The translations under genes and the position numbers were made by a program. Positions 20,159-33,754 of a stretch of DNA of 64,000 nt are shown in pieces. Within the stretch, counting starts at the first letter, position 1, and each line of letters starts with the position of its first letter. Location of the stretch: positions 768,001 to 832,000 of the forward strand of contig CAVSGI010000020.1 in assembly GCA_963727445.1 (NCBI GenBank), read 5' to 3'. Source of the stretch: an uncultured delta proteobacterium (GTDB lineage Bacteria; Myxococcota_A; Polyangia; Polyangiales; B10-G4). A model generated the notes under the pieces. That model did no database searches and had not been told where the DNA came from. It was given only the letters and a program-made list of their open reading frames with translations.

Positions 20159-21861
20159 CGCGGCGATTCGATGCGGAGGTCCTCGAGATAGAGGGCGTCG
20201 ATCGATGATGACACGACAAAGGCCAGGCAGTCTTCGGCCGAGGCGCAGATGGGATCTCCCGCGTCGTTGAGGGAGGTGTTGAGGACCACCGGTGCGCCCG
20301 CGCGGAGGATCGCGGCGAGGAGCGGCGCCGAGGCCTCGGTCACGGTCTGAACCCGGGCCGTGCCGTCGACGTGGGTCACCGCGGGATGACGCTCCGGCGC
20401 TCGGACGGCGCGGATGGTCGTCATGAACGGCGTCATGTCGTCCGCGGGCTGGTCGAAGTGGTCGGCGGCGCTTTCGGCGAGCACCGCTGGAGCGAAGGGC
20501 CGGAAGGGCTCGCGATGCTTGACCTCGCGGTTGAGGCGCTCGCGGGTTTCGACGTTTGCAGACGCCGCGAGGAGCGAACGGGCACCGAGCGCGCGCGGCC
20601 CCCACTCGAAGCGCCCGGAGGCGACGCCCACAATCTGGCCATCGTCGAGCGCGCGTGCAATCTCCGCGGGCGCATCGTCGGTTCGCGCGACCACGAGCCC
20701 GAGCTCCGAGGCCAGCGCGTGGGCGCGCGCGGCGTCGACCAGGAGGCCGAGATGGGCGCTCGTCAGCGCGGGCGGTCGCGGGTCACCGAGGTCGAGGGCG
20801 CCGAGGATCGCGGCGCCGAGCGCACCGCCGGCGTCTCCCGCCGCGGGCTGCACGAAGACGCGATCGAAGCCCGCTTCCTTTGCGAGGCGCGCGTTGGCGA
20901 CGGCGTTGAGCGCGACTCCGCCCGCGAGGCAGAGCGCGGTGGGACCGCTCGGCGTCTCGCCATAGACGGTGCGGCGTGCGCGCCGGGCGAGGGCGACGAG
21001 GGTGTCCTCGGTCACGCGCTGCAGCGAGGCCGCGACGTCGGCGCGGCGTTGGTCCGCGGGATCGTCCAGGTTCCACGCGCGTCCGGGCGCGCGCCGCGGG
21101 CCGAGCCGTTCCTCGAGCAGAGGGCCGAAGGGAAGATCGGGGTCGGTGTGATGACGAAAGGCGTCGAGGTCCAGGGAGAAGCTTCCGTCCGCGTCGGTGC
21201 GCAGGAGGCTTCGCATCTCCTCCTCGAAGCGCGGCGCGCCGAACGAGGAGAGGCCCATGACCTTGTGCTCGCCCGCGTTCACGCGGAAGCCGAGCCAGGC
21301 GGTGATCGCCGCGTAGAAGAGGCCGAGGCTGTGCGGGTAGTGGATGGTGTCGCGGCAGACGAGCCCCTCCTCTGCGGCGGACCAGATGGCGGTGCTCACG
21401 TCTTCTCCGATCCCATCGACGGTGAGCACCGCCGCCTCTGCGAAGGGTGAGCAGTAGAAGGCGCTCGCCGCGTGGCTCTCGTGGTGGGTGCGGTGGTGCA
21501 CGCGCGTCCGCGCGATGCCGAGATGGTCGGCCAGCTGGTCGAGGACCCAGAGCTTCTGCCCGAGCTGTGAGGCGATGGCGCGGGGGAACTGACGGATGGA
21601 ACGCGGGAAGGTGCCGAGCAGCGACGTGAGGACGCGTTCGACCTTCGCGTAGGGGTCCTCGTAGTAGACCACCGCGTCGAGGGCGCGCGCGTCGAGACCA
21701 GCGTGGCGCAGGCAGGCGTCGATCGCTGCACGTGGAAGGGACGCGTCGTTCTTCCACCGGCTCAAACGCTCCTCCTGGATCGCGCAGACGATCTCGGAGT
21801 CGACGACCAGCGCGGCGGCGGCGTCGTGGTAGTAGGCGCTGACCCCGAGGACCGCGGCCAT
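20155..21861 (-). CDS. O-carbamoyltransferase, NodU/CmcH family
   Basis: LGVSAYYHDAAA, QEERLSR, HHESHAASAF, LAGGVALN, EWGPRALGARS, KHREPFRPFAP, HVDGTARVQTV, LNTSLN. Confidence 0.95.
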   Translation of the reverse strand: MAAVLGVSAYYHDAAAALVVDSEIVCAIQEERLSRWKNDASLPRAAIDACLRHAGLDARALDAVVYYEDPYAKVERVLTSLLGTFPRSIRQFPRAIASQLGQKLWVLDQLADHLGIARTRVHHRTHHESHAASAFYCSPFAEAAVLTVDGIGEDVSTAIWSAAEEGLVCRDTIHYPHSLGLFYAAITAWLGFRVNAGEHKVMGLSSFGAPRFEEEMRSLLRTDADGSFSLDLDAFRHHTDPDLPFGPLLEERLGPRRAPGRAWNLDDPADQRRADVAASLQRVTEDTLVALARRARRTVYGETPSGPTALCLAGGVALNAVANARLAKEAGFDRVFVQPAAGDAGGALGAAILGALDLGDPRPPALTSAHLGLLVDAARAHALASELGLVVARTDDAPAEIARALDDGQIVGVASGRFEWGPRALGARSLLAASANVETRERLNREVKHREPFRPFAPAVLAESAADHFDQPADDMTPFMTTIRAVRAPERHPAVTHVDGTARVQTVTEASAPLLAAILRAGAPVVLNTSLNDAGDPICASAEDCLAFVVSSSIDALYLEDLRIESPR

Positions 21862-22550
21862 CAGGCGTCCGGTGGCAAGAAGCCTCGGCGCGGCGGGCGC
21901 AGGAGGCGCGTCAGAAGGCCGAGGGGGGCCGACGCGAGGTAGAGCAGCGTCGCCACCAGCGCCCAGAGGAGCTCGGCGGTCGCGCGTCCCTTGCGCCGAA
22001 AGGCCCGGCCGGCCTCCCAGAGGGTCACGCGGCGGAGCGCGCGCCTCGCGCCGGCCTCCCCGCCACAGAGCTCGACCAGCAGGGCGCGCGTGTACCTCTC
22101 GTGACGTCGTTCGTCCTCGAGGATCCCCTCGAAGGCGGCGGCCATCGCCTCGTCGCCGCGGTCTTCGAAGTAGCCTCGGTACGCTTCGAACTGCGCGCGC
22201 CCGCGCGCCTCCCCCCGATGAGCGAAGGCCACGAAGCCCTCTTCGCCCAGCCGGTCATAGAGCGCCTCGACGTCGGCATCGAAACGGCGCGGGCGCGCCC
22301 GTCCGGCGGCGAGGTCGTGCGCGCGACTCTTCGCGGCGAAGAGCTTGGCGTGACGCGCTTCGTCTCCGGCGTGCTTCAGATAGAGCGCAGCGCGTTTCGG
22401 CGACTCGGTGGCGGCCGCCGCGAGGAGGAGATCGCGCCGGCTCCCTTCCTCTGCGCGTGCGAAGGAGGCGAAGGTCGCGGCGGCCCGCCGGTCTCCAGCG
22501 AATGCGAGCGGCGCGAAGAGTCGGGCGAGTCGAGGACGCAGCCCGCTCAT
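21861..22550 (-). CDS. Ferritin-like (di-iron) domain protein with a C-terminal membrane segment
   Basis: Two E...ExxH pairs (AEEG...DEARH; GEAR...DERRH); hydrophobic tail; ATG 22550 overlaps the upstream stop. Confidence 0.75.
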   Translation of the reverse strand: MSGLRPRLARLFAPLAFAGDRRAAATFASFARAEEGSRRDLLLAAAATESPKRAALYLKHAGDEARHAKLFAAKSRAHDLAAGRARPRRFDADVEALYDRLGEEGFVAFAHRGEARGRAQFEAYRGYFEDRGDEAMAAAFEGILEDERRHERYTRALLVELCGGEAGARRALRRVTLWEAGRAFRRKGRATAELLWALVATLLYLASAPLGLLTRLLRPPRRGFLPPDA

Positions 22551-24848
22551 GGCCGACAGATCTCCGCTCCCTGCCAGGGCGTGCATCGGCCGTCCTCGCA
22601 CGGGCGCGCGTCGCTGCAGAGCGCGAAGCAGTGCCCGGTGGCGCCCGCGTTCGCGCGGCCCTCACTGCAGGGCGGCATGGTGAGGGGATCGCCCCGCACG
22701 CAGCGCAGGAGATCCGCGCATCGGTCGGCGTACGCCTCGAAACATTCGGCGACCGGGGAGCCGTAAGCGGTCTCGCAGGTCGGCGCGCACTCGCCCGTCG
22801 GCCAGCCCTGTTGCACCTCGCAGATCGACTCTCCGTAGACCTCGAGATGACAGGCGCAGATCCGCTCCGCGCGCTCGTCCTCGGTGAAGGGCCGCGCGTC
22901 CCCGGGGACCGGGTCCTCGAAGTACATCTGCGGTTGCTCCTGGCCCTCGGGCCAGCGCACCACCAGACGCTGCCGCCGGTCCTCCCAGAAGAAGTCCGCC
23001 TCGAGGCCCTGTCCCTCGAAGATGGGGGCGATCAGCGTCGCGGCCTCTGAGGTGGTCAGCGCCAGCGCTTCGCCCAGGCCGCCGTCGACGATCTCGATCC
23101 CGCTCGGCACCTGACGGCGCCCCTCGCGGATGCAGCTCACGCGGAGCCATTCGCGGATGCGCGTCGTCTCGCAATGCGCCGCGCTCGAGCCGCGCACGAT
23201 CGCTTCAGGCGTGTGGATCCACTCCTCCGGCGCGGGGACGCGACTTCGGTCCTCGGGGATGCCCGTGTCGGGCATCCGCAACGGCGCCGGCGCTTCCATC
23301 GCCTCCGCCACCGCGCTCGCTACCGCCCGCTGCCCCTTCGCCGTGAGGTGCAGATCGCCGTCGAGGAAGGCGCCCGGTTCCGCCTCGCGCAGCGCTTCGG
23401 TGGGATCGACGGCGCGCGAGCCCATCCGGCGTGTCGTCGCGACGAGGTCGTCGATCAAGATGCGCGTCGGCTCCATGTCGAGGGGCTCTTCGTCGTACTT
23501 CGCCCACTCCTCGTCGGAGACCATCACGTCCAAAGGCAGCGCGACGACCATCAGCTCGGCGTCGTGGGCGTCGGCGATGGCGCGCGCCTCTTCGATGCGG
23601 GGGGCGAGCACGCTCGGCACCGGCGCGCGCCCCACCGCTTCCCCGAGGGCCTCCGCGCGCTCGGCCTCGAGTCGATCGCGCTCGTGCACCGCCGACTCCG
23701 CCTCTCCCGAAGCCTCACCGGCGCGCGTCTGCGCCAGCATGCGCTCGCGGAAGCGCACCGCCTGGCGGATGATGCGCGCGGTCAGGGCGATCTCCCGCCC
23801 CTCCTCCACGTTGTCCTCGCGGACGATGTCGCCCGGTCGTCCGCGCGCGGCCTGGATGCGCAGGAAGTTGTTCCGCCCAGCCTCTTCGTAGTCGAAGGCG
23901 TCCTCGTTGTGCTCGTAGATCAACGTGTCGATCCGACCTTCGACGTCGTCGAGAGACAGGTCGAGGCGCGCGAGGCGCTGGCGCTGATCGACCGCGGAGG
24001 CGAGGAAGACCTCCTCCGACTCTTCGTGCTCCTGACTCGAACGCTCTCCCGAGGAGAGCAGAATCTTGCCACGAGCCCTCGGAGGGGAGCCCGGCGACCT
24101 CCATCGACGTCGCGTGTTCGTCGAGGAAGCGGCGCAGGGCGTAGACCAGATGGCTCTTCTGGAAGAGCAGAGAGCGACCAGGAAAGACGGTGATGGTCTC
24201 GGGCGCCGTCTCGGCGCGGACCGCCCACCCATCCCATACCGCGTGCCGAAGCCGATTGGGACGGTCGGTCTCGAAGAGGTCGTTCGCCATGTTCACGACG
24301 TAGACCACGGTCGAGACGTGGCGGTCCGCGAGCACCTCTTCGATCACCGCGTTGTACTCGAGGGGGCCGTAGGTCGGCACGCCGCCGTTCAGAACGGGCC
24401 GCCCGAGGAGCTCTTCGAGCACGGCCGAGAGCGTCTCGTCCTCCTCCACGCCGAGGCCGAAGACCTGCGAGTCGCCCACCACGAGCACCTCGTCGTCGCC
24501 GGAGGCGGGCCACTCCCCGCCGCGATATCCCCGACTATCGATCCGGATGTCGGTGATCGGGTTGTCGCGGAACTGCAGCCGCTCGGAGGCCCCCGGCTGC
24601 ATGCGCACACCGAGGTCGGTGTCGGCGACGTAGATGTTCACGTGGGGGAAAGCGCCGTCGTCCCGCAGCCAGAATGCGCCCTCGGCGATGACGAGACCCA
24701 GCGTGAGGCCGAGCGCCACCGCCAGGAGCGCCCGGCCGACGCGCCGCTTCTTCGGCGGGGGCGGGGTGGAGGAGATGCGCTCGGTCTCGAGCGGCGGCGC
24801 CTTGGGCGGCAGGGTGCGGGGCCGCTGCGGATCGTCCTCGAGGCTCAT
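22547..24848 (-). CDS. Membrane-anchored SGNH/GDSL hydrolase-family protein with Cys-rich C-terminus (frameshift near 24063)
   Basis: TM helix, VVGDSQVFG, NGGVPTYG and MAND in ORF 23715-24848; DGDLHLT (DxH) in ORF 22547-24232. Confidence 0.8.
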
Positions 24849-26054
24849 GAACCTTCACTCCCCGAGTCCGCCAATCGCCGGAGCGCGGTGGCGAGCACCG
24901 GCCTGTGGCGAGCCTCCCTCGTTCCGTCCCCGAGCTGACCGTGGGTGTTCTCGCCCCAGCAGGCCACGTCGCCGTCGGCGAGGAGGGCGCAGGCGTGCAT
25001 GGCGCCGACCGCGACCGCTCGCGCATCCTCGATGCCCTCCACCGGTGCGGCCGCGCCGTAGACCGGGCCCTCGTCTCCGCGCGCGGACGCAAGGCTCTGC
25101 CGGTAGCAGTGGACGCGCCCGGCGTCGGTGACGGCGCAGACCTCCCATGGCCCGACGCCAATCGAGAATCGCCCGCTCGCCTTCGATTGGAGGGAGGGTC
25201 TCGTGCGTCCCGCCGAGGGGGGTGGTTCCACCCGCGCGCTCCACCCCATAGGAGCCCCAGCAAGAGATCGCACCCTCGCCGCCGAGGGCGCAGGTCTGCA
25301 CCGCCAGGTCGTGGCTCGCGATCTGAGTGACGCCTTCGATGGCGGGTACCAATTGGGGAACGGCGCGGGAGCGTTCGGACGCTCCGCCCATCTGTCCCCG
25401 CCGATTGTCACCCCAGCAGGTGACGCGCCCGTCGCGGTGCCGCGCGCAGGTGTGTGTCGCGCCCGTCGCCACTTCGGCGACGTCGGCGACGCCGGGGACC
25501 CACCAGTCGTGACTGCGAAAAGGCGACGCACTCTGTCCCCATCGGTCGTCCCAGATGCAGCGGACATGGCCGTCGGTCAGCAGTGCGCAGAGATGCTCGC
25601 CGCCCAGCGAGGCCTCGGTCACGTGCGGAAGCCCCACGCCCTGGGGGCGATTGCCGCCACCGTAGCGACGTGGCCAACAGGTCAGCGCCTCCCCGTCGGA
25701 CCAGGCACACGCGTGATGTTGGGAGAGGGCGAGGCCCTGCTCCGCGGCGAAGCCGTCGATAACCGTCAGGTCGCCGTCCTGCTCTTCGCTTCCGAACGCC
25801 GCGCGGTTGTCGCCGAAGCAAGCCACGCGCCCGTCGCCGAGGACCGCGCAGGTGTTGTAGTAGCCGGCGGCGAGGGCGATGGGCCTCAATGGCTCGGGGA
25901 GGTCGAGGTCGCCGAGCGGCGGCGCCTCTTCGGTCTCCGCGGTCGTGCTCTCGTCGGCGAGCTCGGAGAGATCGGGGCGCACGCGCACCTCTTCGCATCC
26001 ACCCGTCACGAGGACGAGGGCCACCGAGAGACGGGCCGCGGCCGGTGCGCGCAT
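24845..26054 (-). CDS. RCC1-repeat lipoprotein (frameshift near 25168)
   Basis: Signal MRAPAAARLSVALVLVTGG-C; repeats G..HTCA...DGRVTCWGDNRRGQ continue in the next frame (HACALLADGDVACWGENTHGQLGDG). Confidence 0.85.
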
Positions 26055-26083
26055 CGGCGGGAGTATGGCACGGTCGTCCGCGA

Positions 26084-27022
26084 TCAGGGCACGACGGGCA
26101 GGGCCCTCTCGCTCCGCGACCGACGACCTCGAGGTGCGTGCGCCCCTTCGCCGACGAAAAGCGATGCGATCGCGGGGAGCGTTCCGGATGGGGCGTTGGT
26201 GGAACGGAGCTCGCGTCCGCCCAGGCGTTCGACGTAGAGCGCGTCCACACCGGGGCAGCGCGCGCGTGACGGGCACGCGTCGCACACGGCCACGTACGCG
26301 CGGGGATGCGCCGGCAGCGCGTGTTCGGCGAAGGGGCCGAGCAGACAGAGCGGTGCGCCGGAGAGGAAGCTCGGGAGCGCCGCGCGGCGGGCGCGCGCGA
26401 GCGCGTGGAGCGCGTAGGGGAGCGCGACCGAGAGGCGGGGCAGGATGCGAGGCGCGGCGTCTTCGGCGCGACCGGCGGCGACAGGCAGCGAGATGCACCA
26501 GGCCTTCACCCCGGCCGCCGAGAGCAGGGTCGGCAACTCCGAGAGGACGGCCTGGTTCGAGCGGGTGAGCACCGTCGTACAGACGACGTCGAGGCCCGCC
26601 TGTCGCGCGGTCTCGAGGGCGCGTCCGATGCGGGCGAAGCTCCCGGGGTGGCCCGTGTGATAGTCGTGCACCTCGGGCCGCGCGCCGTGAAGCGACAAGT
26701 GCACGTCGGTGAGCCCCGCGTCGCGCAGCCGCGCTGCGGCGGTTGGATCGTCGCCGAGGAGCGCACCGTTGCTCTGAACGCCGACGCGAGAGAAGCCGCT
26801 TTTTTTGAGGCGCCCGAGGATCGCTTCGATGTCGCTCACCCCCAGCGGCTCGCCCCCGGTCAACGTGACCGCGTCCTGCTCCGATGCGGCGAGGGCTTCG
26901 ATGCGCTCGTCGAGTGACGGGCCCTCGTCTTCGAGCCCGTCCTGGCAGCAGAAGACGCACGCATTGTCGCATTCGAGCGTCAAACGGAGCGTCGGGCGGG
27001 TCGGGGTCGCGCGGGCCAACAC
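26084..27022 (-). CDS. Radical SAM protein, HxsC-like
   Basis: CDNACVFC, LTGGEP, QSNG, APLC, CDACPSRARCPG; start GTG 27022 or TTG 27019 is inferred. Confidence 0.85.
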   Translation of the reverse strand: MLARATPTRPTLRLTLECDNACVFCCQDGLEDEGPSLDERIEALAASEQDAVTLTGGEPLGVSDIEAILGRLKKSGFSRVGVQSNGALLGDDPTAAARLRDAGLTDVHLSLHGARPEVHDYHTGHPGSFARIGRALETARQAGLDVVCTTVLTRSNQAVLSELPTLLSAAGVKAWCISLPVAAGRAEDAAPRILPRLSVALPYALHALARARRAALPSFLSGAPLCLLGPFAEHALPAHPRAYVAVCDACPSRARCPGVDALYVERLGGRELRSTNAPSGTLPAIASLFVGEGAHAPRGRRSRSERALPVVP

Positions 27023-27080
27023 GCTGAGGGTAGAGAGCCCCGGGTGGCGGTCAAGCCGAGGCCCCGTAACATACGAGGGC

Positions 27081-28007
27081 TTGCCCCTCCTCGACGTCAT
27101 CCTGGGTTACGACTGCAACCTCGCATGTGACTACTGCACCATCTCGCCGGAGATGCGCGCGCGCGCCATCGATACGCGCGCGGTGGCCTCCGAGCTCCGG
27201 CGCGGGCAGGCGGACGGATACGACCGGGTCTCCTTCACCGGGGGCGAGCCGACCATCCGCGCCGATCTGCTCCCGCTGATCCGCGAGGCGCATCGCCTCG
27301 GCTACGGTGACATCAAGGTTCAGTCCAACGCGCTCCTCTTCACGCCTTCGAACGTCGCCCGGCTCGCCGACGCCGGCGCGAACCGCTTTCACGTATCCAT
27401 CCACACCCACCGGGCGGATCGGTACGACGCCCTGGTTCGCCGTGAGGGCGCGTATCCCGCGATGGTCGCGGGGCTCGACGCGGTGATCGCCGCTGGCCAT
27501 CGTCTCACCGTCGATCTCATCATCAAGTCGGACACCCTGGCGGACCTGCCGGACGCGGCGCGCTGGCTCCACGCGCGCGGCGTGCGGAGCATTCACCTCT
27601 GGTTCGTCTCCCTGACCGACGAAAACCGCGACAACCTGGCGTCGCTCCCCAAGATGAGCGCGGCCATACCCCAGGTGAGCGAGGTGCTTCGGCTGGCCGA
27701 GGCCGAGAGCTTCGAGGTGCTCTCGCTCCACATCCCGCGCTGTCTGTTGGGTCCCGAGAACGTCGCCCACGCCTGGGACCCCGGCAGAGACGACGTGCGC
27801 GTCGTGACGCCCGACGCGACCTTCCAGCTCGAGCGGTCGAAGATCACCGGGCAGCGTCACGTGCCCGCCTGCGACGGGTGCGAGTACCGGGAGATCTGCC
27901 CGGGCTTGCGCGACGACTACCTCGAGGTGTACGGCGACATCGAGGTCGCCGCGGTTCGAGGCGTGGCCTCCTCGGTGCCGCCCACGCGCGCTCTGCCGGT
28001 CCTCTGA
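27081..28007 (+). CDS. Radical SAM protein, HxsC-like
   Basis: CNLACDYC, FTGGEPT, QSN, IPRC, CDGCEYREICPG; TTG 27081 chosen to avoid overlap with the divergent gene. Confidence 0.85.
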   Translation: MPLLDVILGYDCNLACDYCTISPEMRARAIDTRAVASELRRGQADGYDRVSFTGGEPTIRADLLPLIREAHRLGYGDIKVQSNALLFTPSNVARLADAGANRFHVSIHTHRADRYDALVRREGAYPAMVAGLDAVIAAGHRLTVDLIIKSDTLADLPDAARWLHARGVRSIHLWFVSLTDENRDNLASLPKMSAAIPQVSEVLRLAEAESFEVLSLHIPRCLLGPENVAHAWDPGRDDVRVVTPDATFQLERSKITGQRHVPACDGCEYREICPGLRDDYLEVYGDIEVAAVRGVASSVPPTRALPVL

Positions 28008-28011
28008 GCGC

Positions 28012-28799
28012 TCAGCGTCGAAACGGTCCACGCGCTGGATGCCAGAGCCGGCCTTCTCTCATCGTCCCGTTCTCCCTGAGGGCGAAGTCCACGATCAACA
28101 CCGTCTCTTCGCATCCACAGGTCGGTCCCTCGGGCGAGCCCAGGTCCTGGCAGTCCGCGGTCCGGGTGCCGCGCCGGTAGCGAATCCGGATGACGCGGCC
28201 CTCCTCGCTCTTCAGCGCCAGTGGGGGCGTGTCGGTCCAATAGCCGTGCGGGCCACACTCGCTGGGCGCCCCGCCGGCCAGGGGGATCCGCGCCCGAAGG
28301 GCGAGGTTGCCCGCCACCGCGCCGAAGGCGAGGAGCTCCTCGTCCACGCCGCGCATGTCACTGCCGGGGCCGCGCTCCAACACGACCACGAGCTCGCTGT
28401 CGCCGTCGCCATCGGTGTCCCACAGATCCCAGTCGAAGCGGACGAAGGGGCGCGGCTCGAGGATCATCTCGAGGCCGCCGGTCAGCCGCGCGAGGCCGGC
28501 GGTGGGCGGGTCCGGCTCGGGTGCGGGGTCGCAGTGAAAGGCCGGGACCGGGCTCTCGCACGGCGCCTCTCGGCGGTCGCCGGCGTCGGCGAAGAGGACC
28601 ACGCGCTCTTCCCCCATGCGAAAGACGAAGGCCGCGGTGATCGTGCGATCCGCCCGGGCTTCCTCGAGGGCCCTCACGGCCGCGAGGCGTTCGTCGTCGC
28701 TCCCGCGCGTCACGGGCTGCGCCGCGGCGAGCGCTGGAAAGAGCGCGAGAAGGATCGTGGCGAGCAGCGCCCGGGCCAGGCCTCGGCGCGCGCGCCGCC

Positions 28800-28803
<4 letters not shown>
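28012..28803 (-). CDS. Hypothetical secreted protein
   Basis: GTG overlaps the speA stop; signal peptide (RRRARR..LLATILLALFPALAAA-Q); DTDGDGDSELVV loop. Confidence 0.7.
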
Positions 28804-30700
<1,897 letters not shown>

Positions 30701-30714
<14 letters not shown>

Positions 30715-31264
30715 TGGCAGGCGCCATGATGGCACGTTCCGCCGAGGCGTCGAATACCTCACGGTGCACCCGAAGGTCGTCGGTGAGCTCCGGGTGGAAG
30801 GTCGTCGCATGGACCGAGCCCCGGACCACCCAGACCGGGTCGCCACGATAGGTCGCGCGGGCGGCGACACCGGGACCGACGCGGCGGATCCGGGGGGCGC
30901 GGATGAGCACCAGTGACAGCGCGGTGTCTGCGTCGGCCTCGCCGATGCAGCTGTGGAGCTGCGAGCCGTAGGCGTTGCGCGTGACCGTCAGGTCGAGGAG
31001 GCCCAGGCGCACGAGGGCGAGCAGACCTGCGCACGTGGCCAGCGTCGGCAGCCCCTCTTCGACGGCGCTTCGCAGTGGCGCCTCGAGGCCGGCCCGTTTC
31101 CAGAGGAGGGCCTGGGTCGTGCTCTCGCCTCCGGGCAGCACCAGACCGCCGAGACCCTCCAGCGCTTCGGGCGTCCGAACCTCGCGAACCGCGTGCCCCA
31201 GGCTCTCGAGGGCGCGGCGGTGCGGGGCGACCGCGCCCTGGAGCGCGACGATACCCACCCGCAC
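30701..31264 (-). CDS. pdxT: Pyridoxal 5'-phosphate synthase glutaminase subunit
   Basis: ALQGAV, LPGGESTT, ATCAG, RNAYGSQ, FHPELT; adjacent to pdxS. Confidence 0.95.
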
Positions 31265-31265
31265 T

Positions 31266-32147
31266 TCAGGACCCGCGGGCGCTCAGGCGCTCGGCCTGCG
31301 CGAGGTCCATGCTCGCGAGCCCGCGCATGGGGGCGCCGAGGTGAGCGCTGATCGCCAAGAGGCGCTGGGGGTCCTGGCAGTGGGCGACGGCCTCCACGAT
31401 GGCGCGGGCGCGACGCGGGGGGTCGTCGCTGAGGAAGATACCGCTACCCACGAAGACCGCTTCGGCGCCCAGGGCCATGCAGAGGGCGGCGTCTGCGGGG
31501 GTGGCGATGCCGCCGGCGGCGAAGCTCGGCACCGGGAGCTTTCCGCTCTTTGCGGCCGTCTCCACGAGGGCTCGCGGCGCGGCGAGGCGTTTGGCCTCGG
31601 CGGCGAGCTCCGCCGGGTCGAGCACCGTGAGGCGGCGCAGCTGGGCGCGGATCTTCCGCAGGTGGCGCACGGCTTCGACGATGTCGCCGGTGCCGGCCTC
31701 GCCCTTGGTGCGGATCATGGCGGCCCCTTCGGCGACGCGGCGGAGGGCTTCGCCGAGGTCCGTGGCGCCGCAGACGAAGGGGACGGCGAAGGCGTGCTTG
31801 TCGATGTGATGCTCGTCGTCGGCTGGGGTGAGCACCTCGGACTCGTCGACGAAGTCGACCTCGAGGGCCTCGAGAATCTGCGCCTCGACGAAATGGCCGA
31901 TGCGGCACTTGGCCATGACCGGGATGGTGACGGCTCTCTGAATCGCCTCGACGAGGGACGGGTCCGCGGCGCGCGCCACGCCACCTTCGCGCCTGATCTG
32001 TGCGGGCACGCGCTCGAGGGCCATCACCGCAGCGGCGCCCGCCTCTTCGGCGATGCGCGCCTGTTCGACATCGACCACGTCCATGATGACGCCGCCCGCG
32101 AGCATCTCGGCGAGGCCGACCTTGGTCTCGAAGCTGACAACGTTCAT
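31266..32147 (-). CDS. pdxS: Pyridoxal 5'-phosphate synthase lyase subunit
   Basis: [45 protein letters not shown]. Confidence 0.97.
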   Translation of the reverse strand: MNVVSFETKVGLAEMLAGGVIMDVVDVEQARIAEEAGAAAVMALERVPAQIRREGGVARAADPSLVEAIQRAVTIPVMAKCRIGHFVEAQILEALEVDFVDESEVLTPADDEHHIDKHAFAVPFVCGATDLGEALRRVAEGAAMIRTKGEAGTGDIVEAVRHLRKIRAQLRRLTVLDPAELAAEAKRLAAPRALVETAAKSGKLPVPSFAAGGIATPADAALCMALGAEAVFVGSGIFLSDDPPRRARAIVEAVAHCQDPQRLLAISAHLGAPMRGLASMDLAQAERLSARGS

Positions 32148-32172
32148 CTCACTCTCCTCTTCTTTCAGTGCC

Positions 32173-33687
32173 TCAGATCACGCTGGGGGAAGGGGGGCGC
32201 GGCGCGTCCCCGTCGGCGAGCACCTCTTCGATGGCCGCGCCGAGGCGGGCGGCGCCTTCGCGGAGCCGGTCCGGAGGCTCGTAGCCGAAGACCAGACGGA
32301 GGCCGCGCGCGGGGCGACCGTCGACGCGATGGAGCTCGCCCGGGATGACCAGCACGCCCCGCGCCGCGGCGGCGGCGTACACCCGCACGACGTCGGCGCT
32401 GTCGGGGAGCTCCAGCCAGTGGGTGATCCCGCGGTGCGCCGGCGTCCACCGGACGGAGGCGGGGAGGTGCGCGCGCAGGGCCTCCTCCATCGCGTCGCGG
32501 CGTTCGGTGTAGAGGGCGCGGGCGCGGGCGAGGTGGGCCTCGAGGTAGCCGCGCTCCATGAACTCCGCGAGGGCGTACTGGATCAGACCGCTCGAGCCGA
32601 GATCCATCGCGTGCTTGAGGGTCATCAGGTGGGGGCGCAGCCCGGCGGGGCAGACCAGATAGCCCACGCGCAGCGCGGGGATGAGCTTCTTGCTGTAGGT
32701 GCCGATGTGCAGGACGTCGCCGCTCATGGCGCGGAGCGGCGTCGGGGGCGGGGTCTGGTCGAAGCAGAGGTCGGCGGCGTAGTCGTCCTCGACGATCGGC
32801 ACCGACGCGGCGTGTGACCACGCGACGAGCTCGCGGCGGCGCGGCACGGAGATCTCGCGGCCCGTGGGGTTGTGGTGATCGGGCATCACGTAGAGCAGGC
32901 GCGCGCCGCTCTGCGCGGCCTCGAGGCTCTCGAGGGTGGGGCCTTCGTCGTCGGTGGCGACCACCGAGAGGCGCGCGCCGAGGCTGGCGAAGAGGCGGAG
33001 TCCGCCGGCGTAGGTCTGCTCCTGAAGCAGCAGCCGCTCGCCCGGATCGACGAGCGCGCGGACGACGAGGTCGAGCGCCTGCTGGCTGCCGCTGGTCACC
33101 AGGATGTCGTCGGCGGTCGCGGGCACGCCGCGCCGCACCGAATCCTCGGCGATCTGTTCGCGCAGCGCGGGCACCCCTTCGCGGGGCGCGTAGCCGAGGA
33201 TGCGCGCGCCCTTGTCGCGCAGGACGTGTCGCAAGCAGCGCGACAGGAGCACGTCGGGCATGAGCTCGGCGGGCGGCTGCATGCGGCTCAGGTCGATCAT
33301 CTGGACGTGGCTCGGTGGGCGCGGCAGGCGCGCGAGTCGCCCGAGGGGCTCGGCGTCGAGGGCCCGAGAGGTGAGGGAGGACCAGCTGAGCCCGCTTGTG
33401 GGCGGCCCGCCTTCGTGAGGGGGCGCGGGCCGCTCGGTGGCGAGGACGAAGGTGCCGCGCCCCACCGTCGAGGCGACGAACCCCGCCGCCTCGAGCGCCT
33501 CGTAGGCGCGCACCACGGTGTTCCGGTGTGCCCCCAGCTCCTCGGCCAGGGCGCGCGTCGGCGGCAGGCGATGCCCGGCCGGCAGCGCCCCATCCCGGAT
33601 CCGCCTCACCAGCGCATCGAAGATCTGGCGATAGAGTGGCTCGGCTCGATTTGCGTCGACGACAAGACCAAGGCTCGCAGCAGGCAT
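32173..33687 (-). CDS. pdxR: MocR/GabR-family PLP-dependent transcriptional regulator, PdxR-like
   Basis: GntR helix-turn-helix ([18 protein letters not shown]) plus aminotransferase domain (HNPTG, EDDY, GTYSK); directly upstream of pdxST. Confidence 0.8.
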   Translation of the reverse strand: MPAASLGLVVDANRAEPLYRQIFDALVRRIRDGALPAGHRLPPTRALAEELGAHRNTVVRAYEALEAAGFVASTVGRGTFVLATERPAPPHEGGPPTSGLSWSSLTSRALDAEPLGRLARLPRPPSHVQMIDLSRMQPPAELMPDVLLSRCLRHVLRDKGARILGYAPREGVPALREQIAEDSVRRGVPATADDILVTSGSQQALDLVVRALVDPGERLLLQEQTYAGGLRLFASLGARLSVVATDDEGPTLESLEAAQSGARLLYVMPDHHNPTGREISVPRRRELVAWSHAASVPIVEDDYAADLCFDQTPPPTPLRAMSGDVLHIGTYSKKLIPALRVGYLVCPAGLRPHLMTLKHAMDLGSSGLIQYALAEFMERGYLEAHLARARALYTERRDAMEEALRAHLPASVRWTPAHRGITHWLELPDSADVVRVYAAAAARGVLVIPGELHRVDGRPARGLRLVFGYEPPDRLREGAARLGAAIEEVLADGDAPRPPSPSVI

Positions 33688-33754
33688 TGGCCTGAGATTG
33701 GGTCAGCAACCGACCGCGAGCAATGGACAAAGGCCCAATCCAAACCATCCATTG

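Noticed and set aside
19988..24848. Saxitoxin biosynthesis cluster
   Set aside because: Only generic SxtI/J/K/L-like components are present; no sxtA-like or amidinotransferase core genes are in the window.
26066..26081. Sigma-54-like TGGCACGG
   Set aside because: The GC is one base off the GG-N10-GC spacing and it points into the 3' end of an opposite-strand gene.
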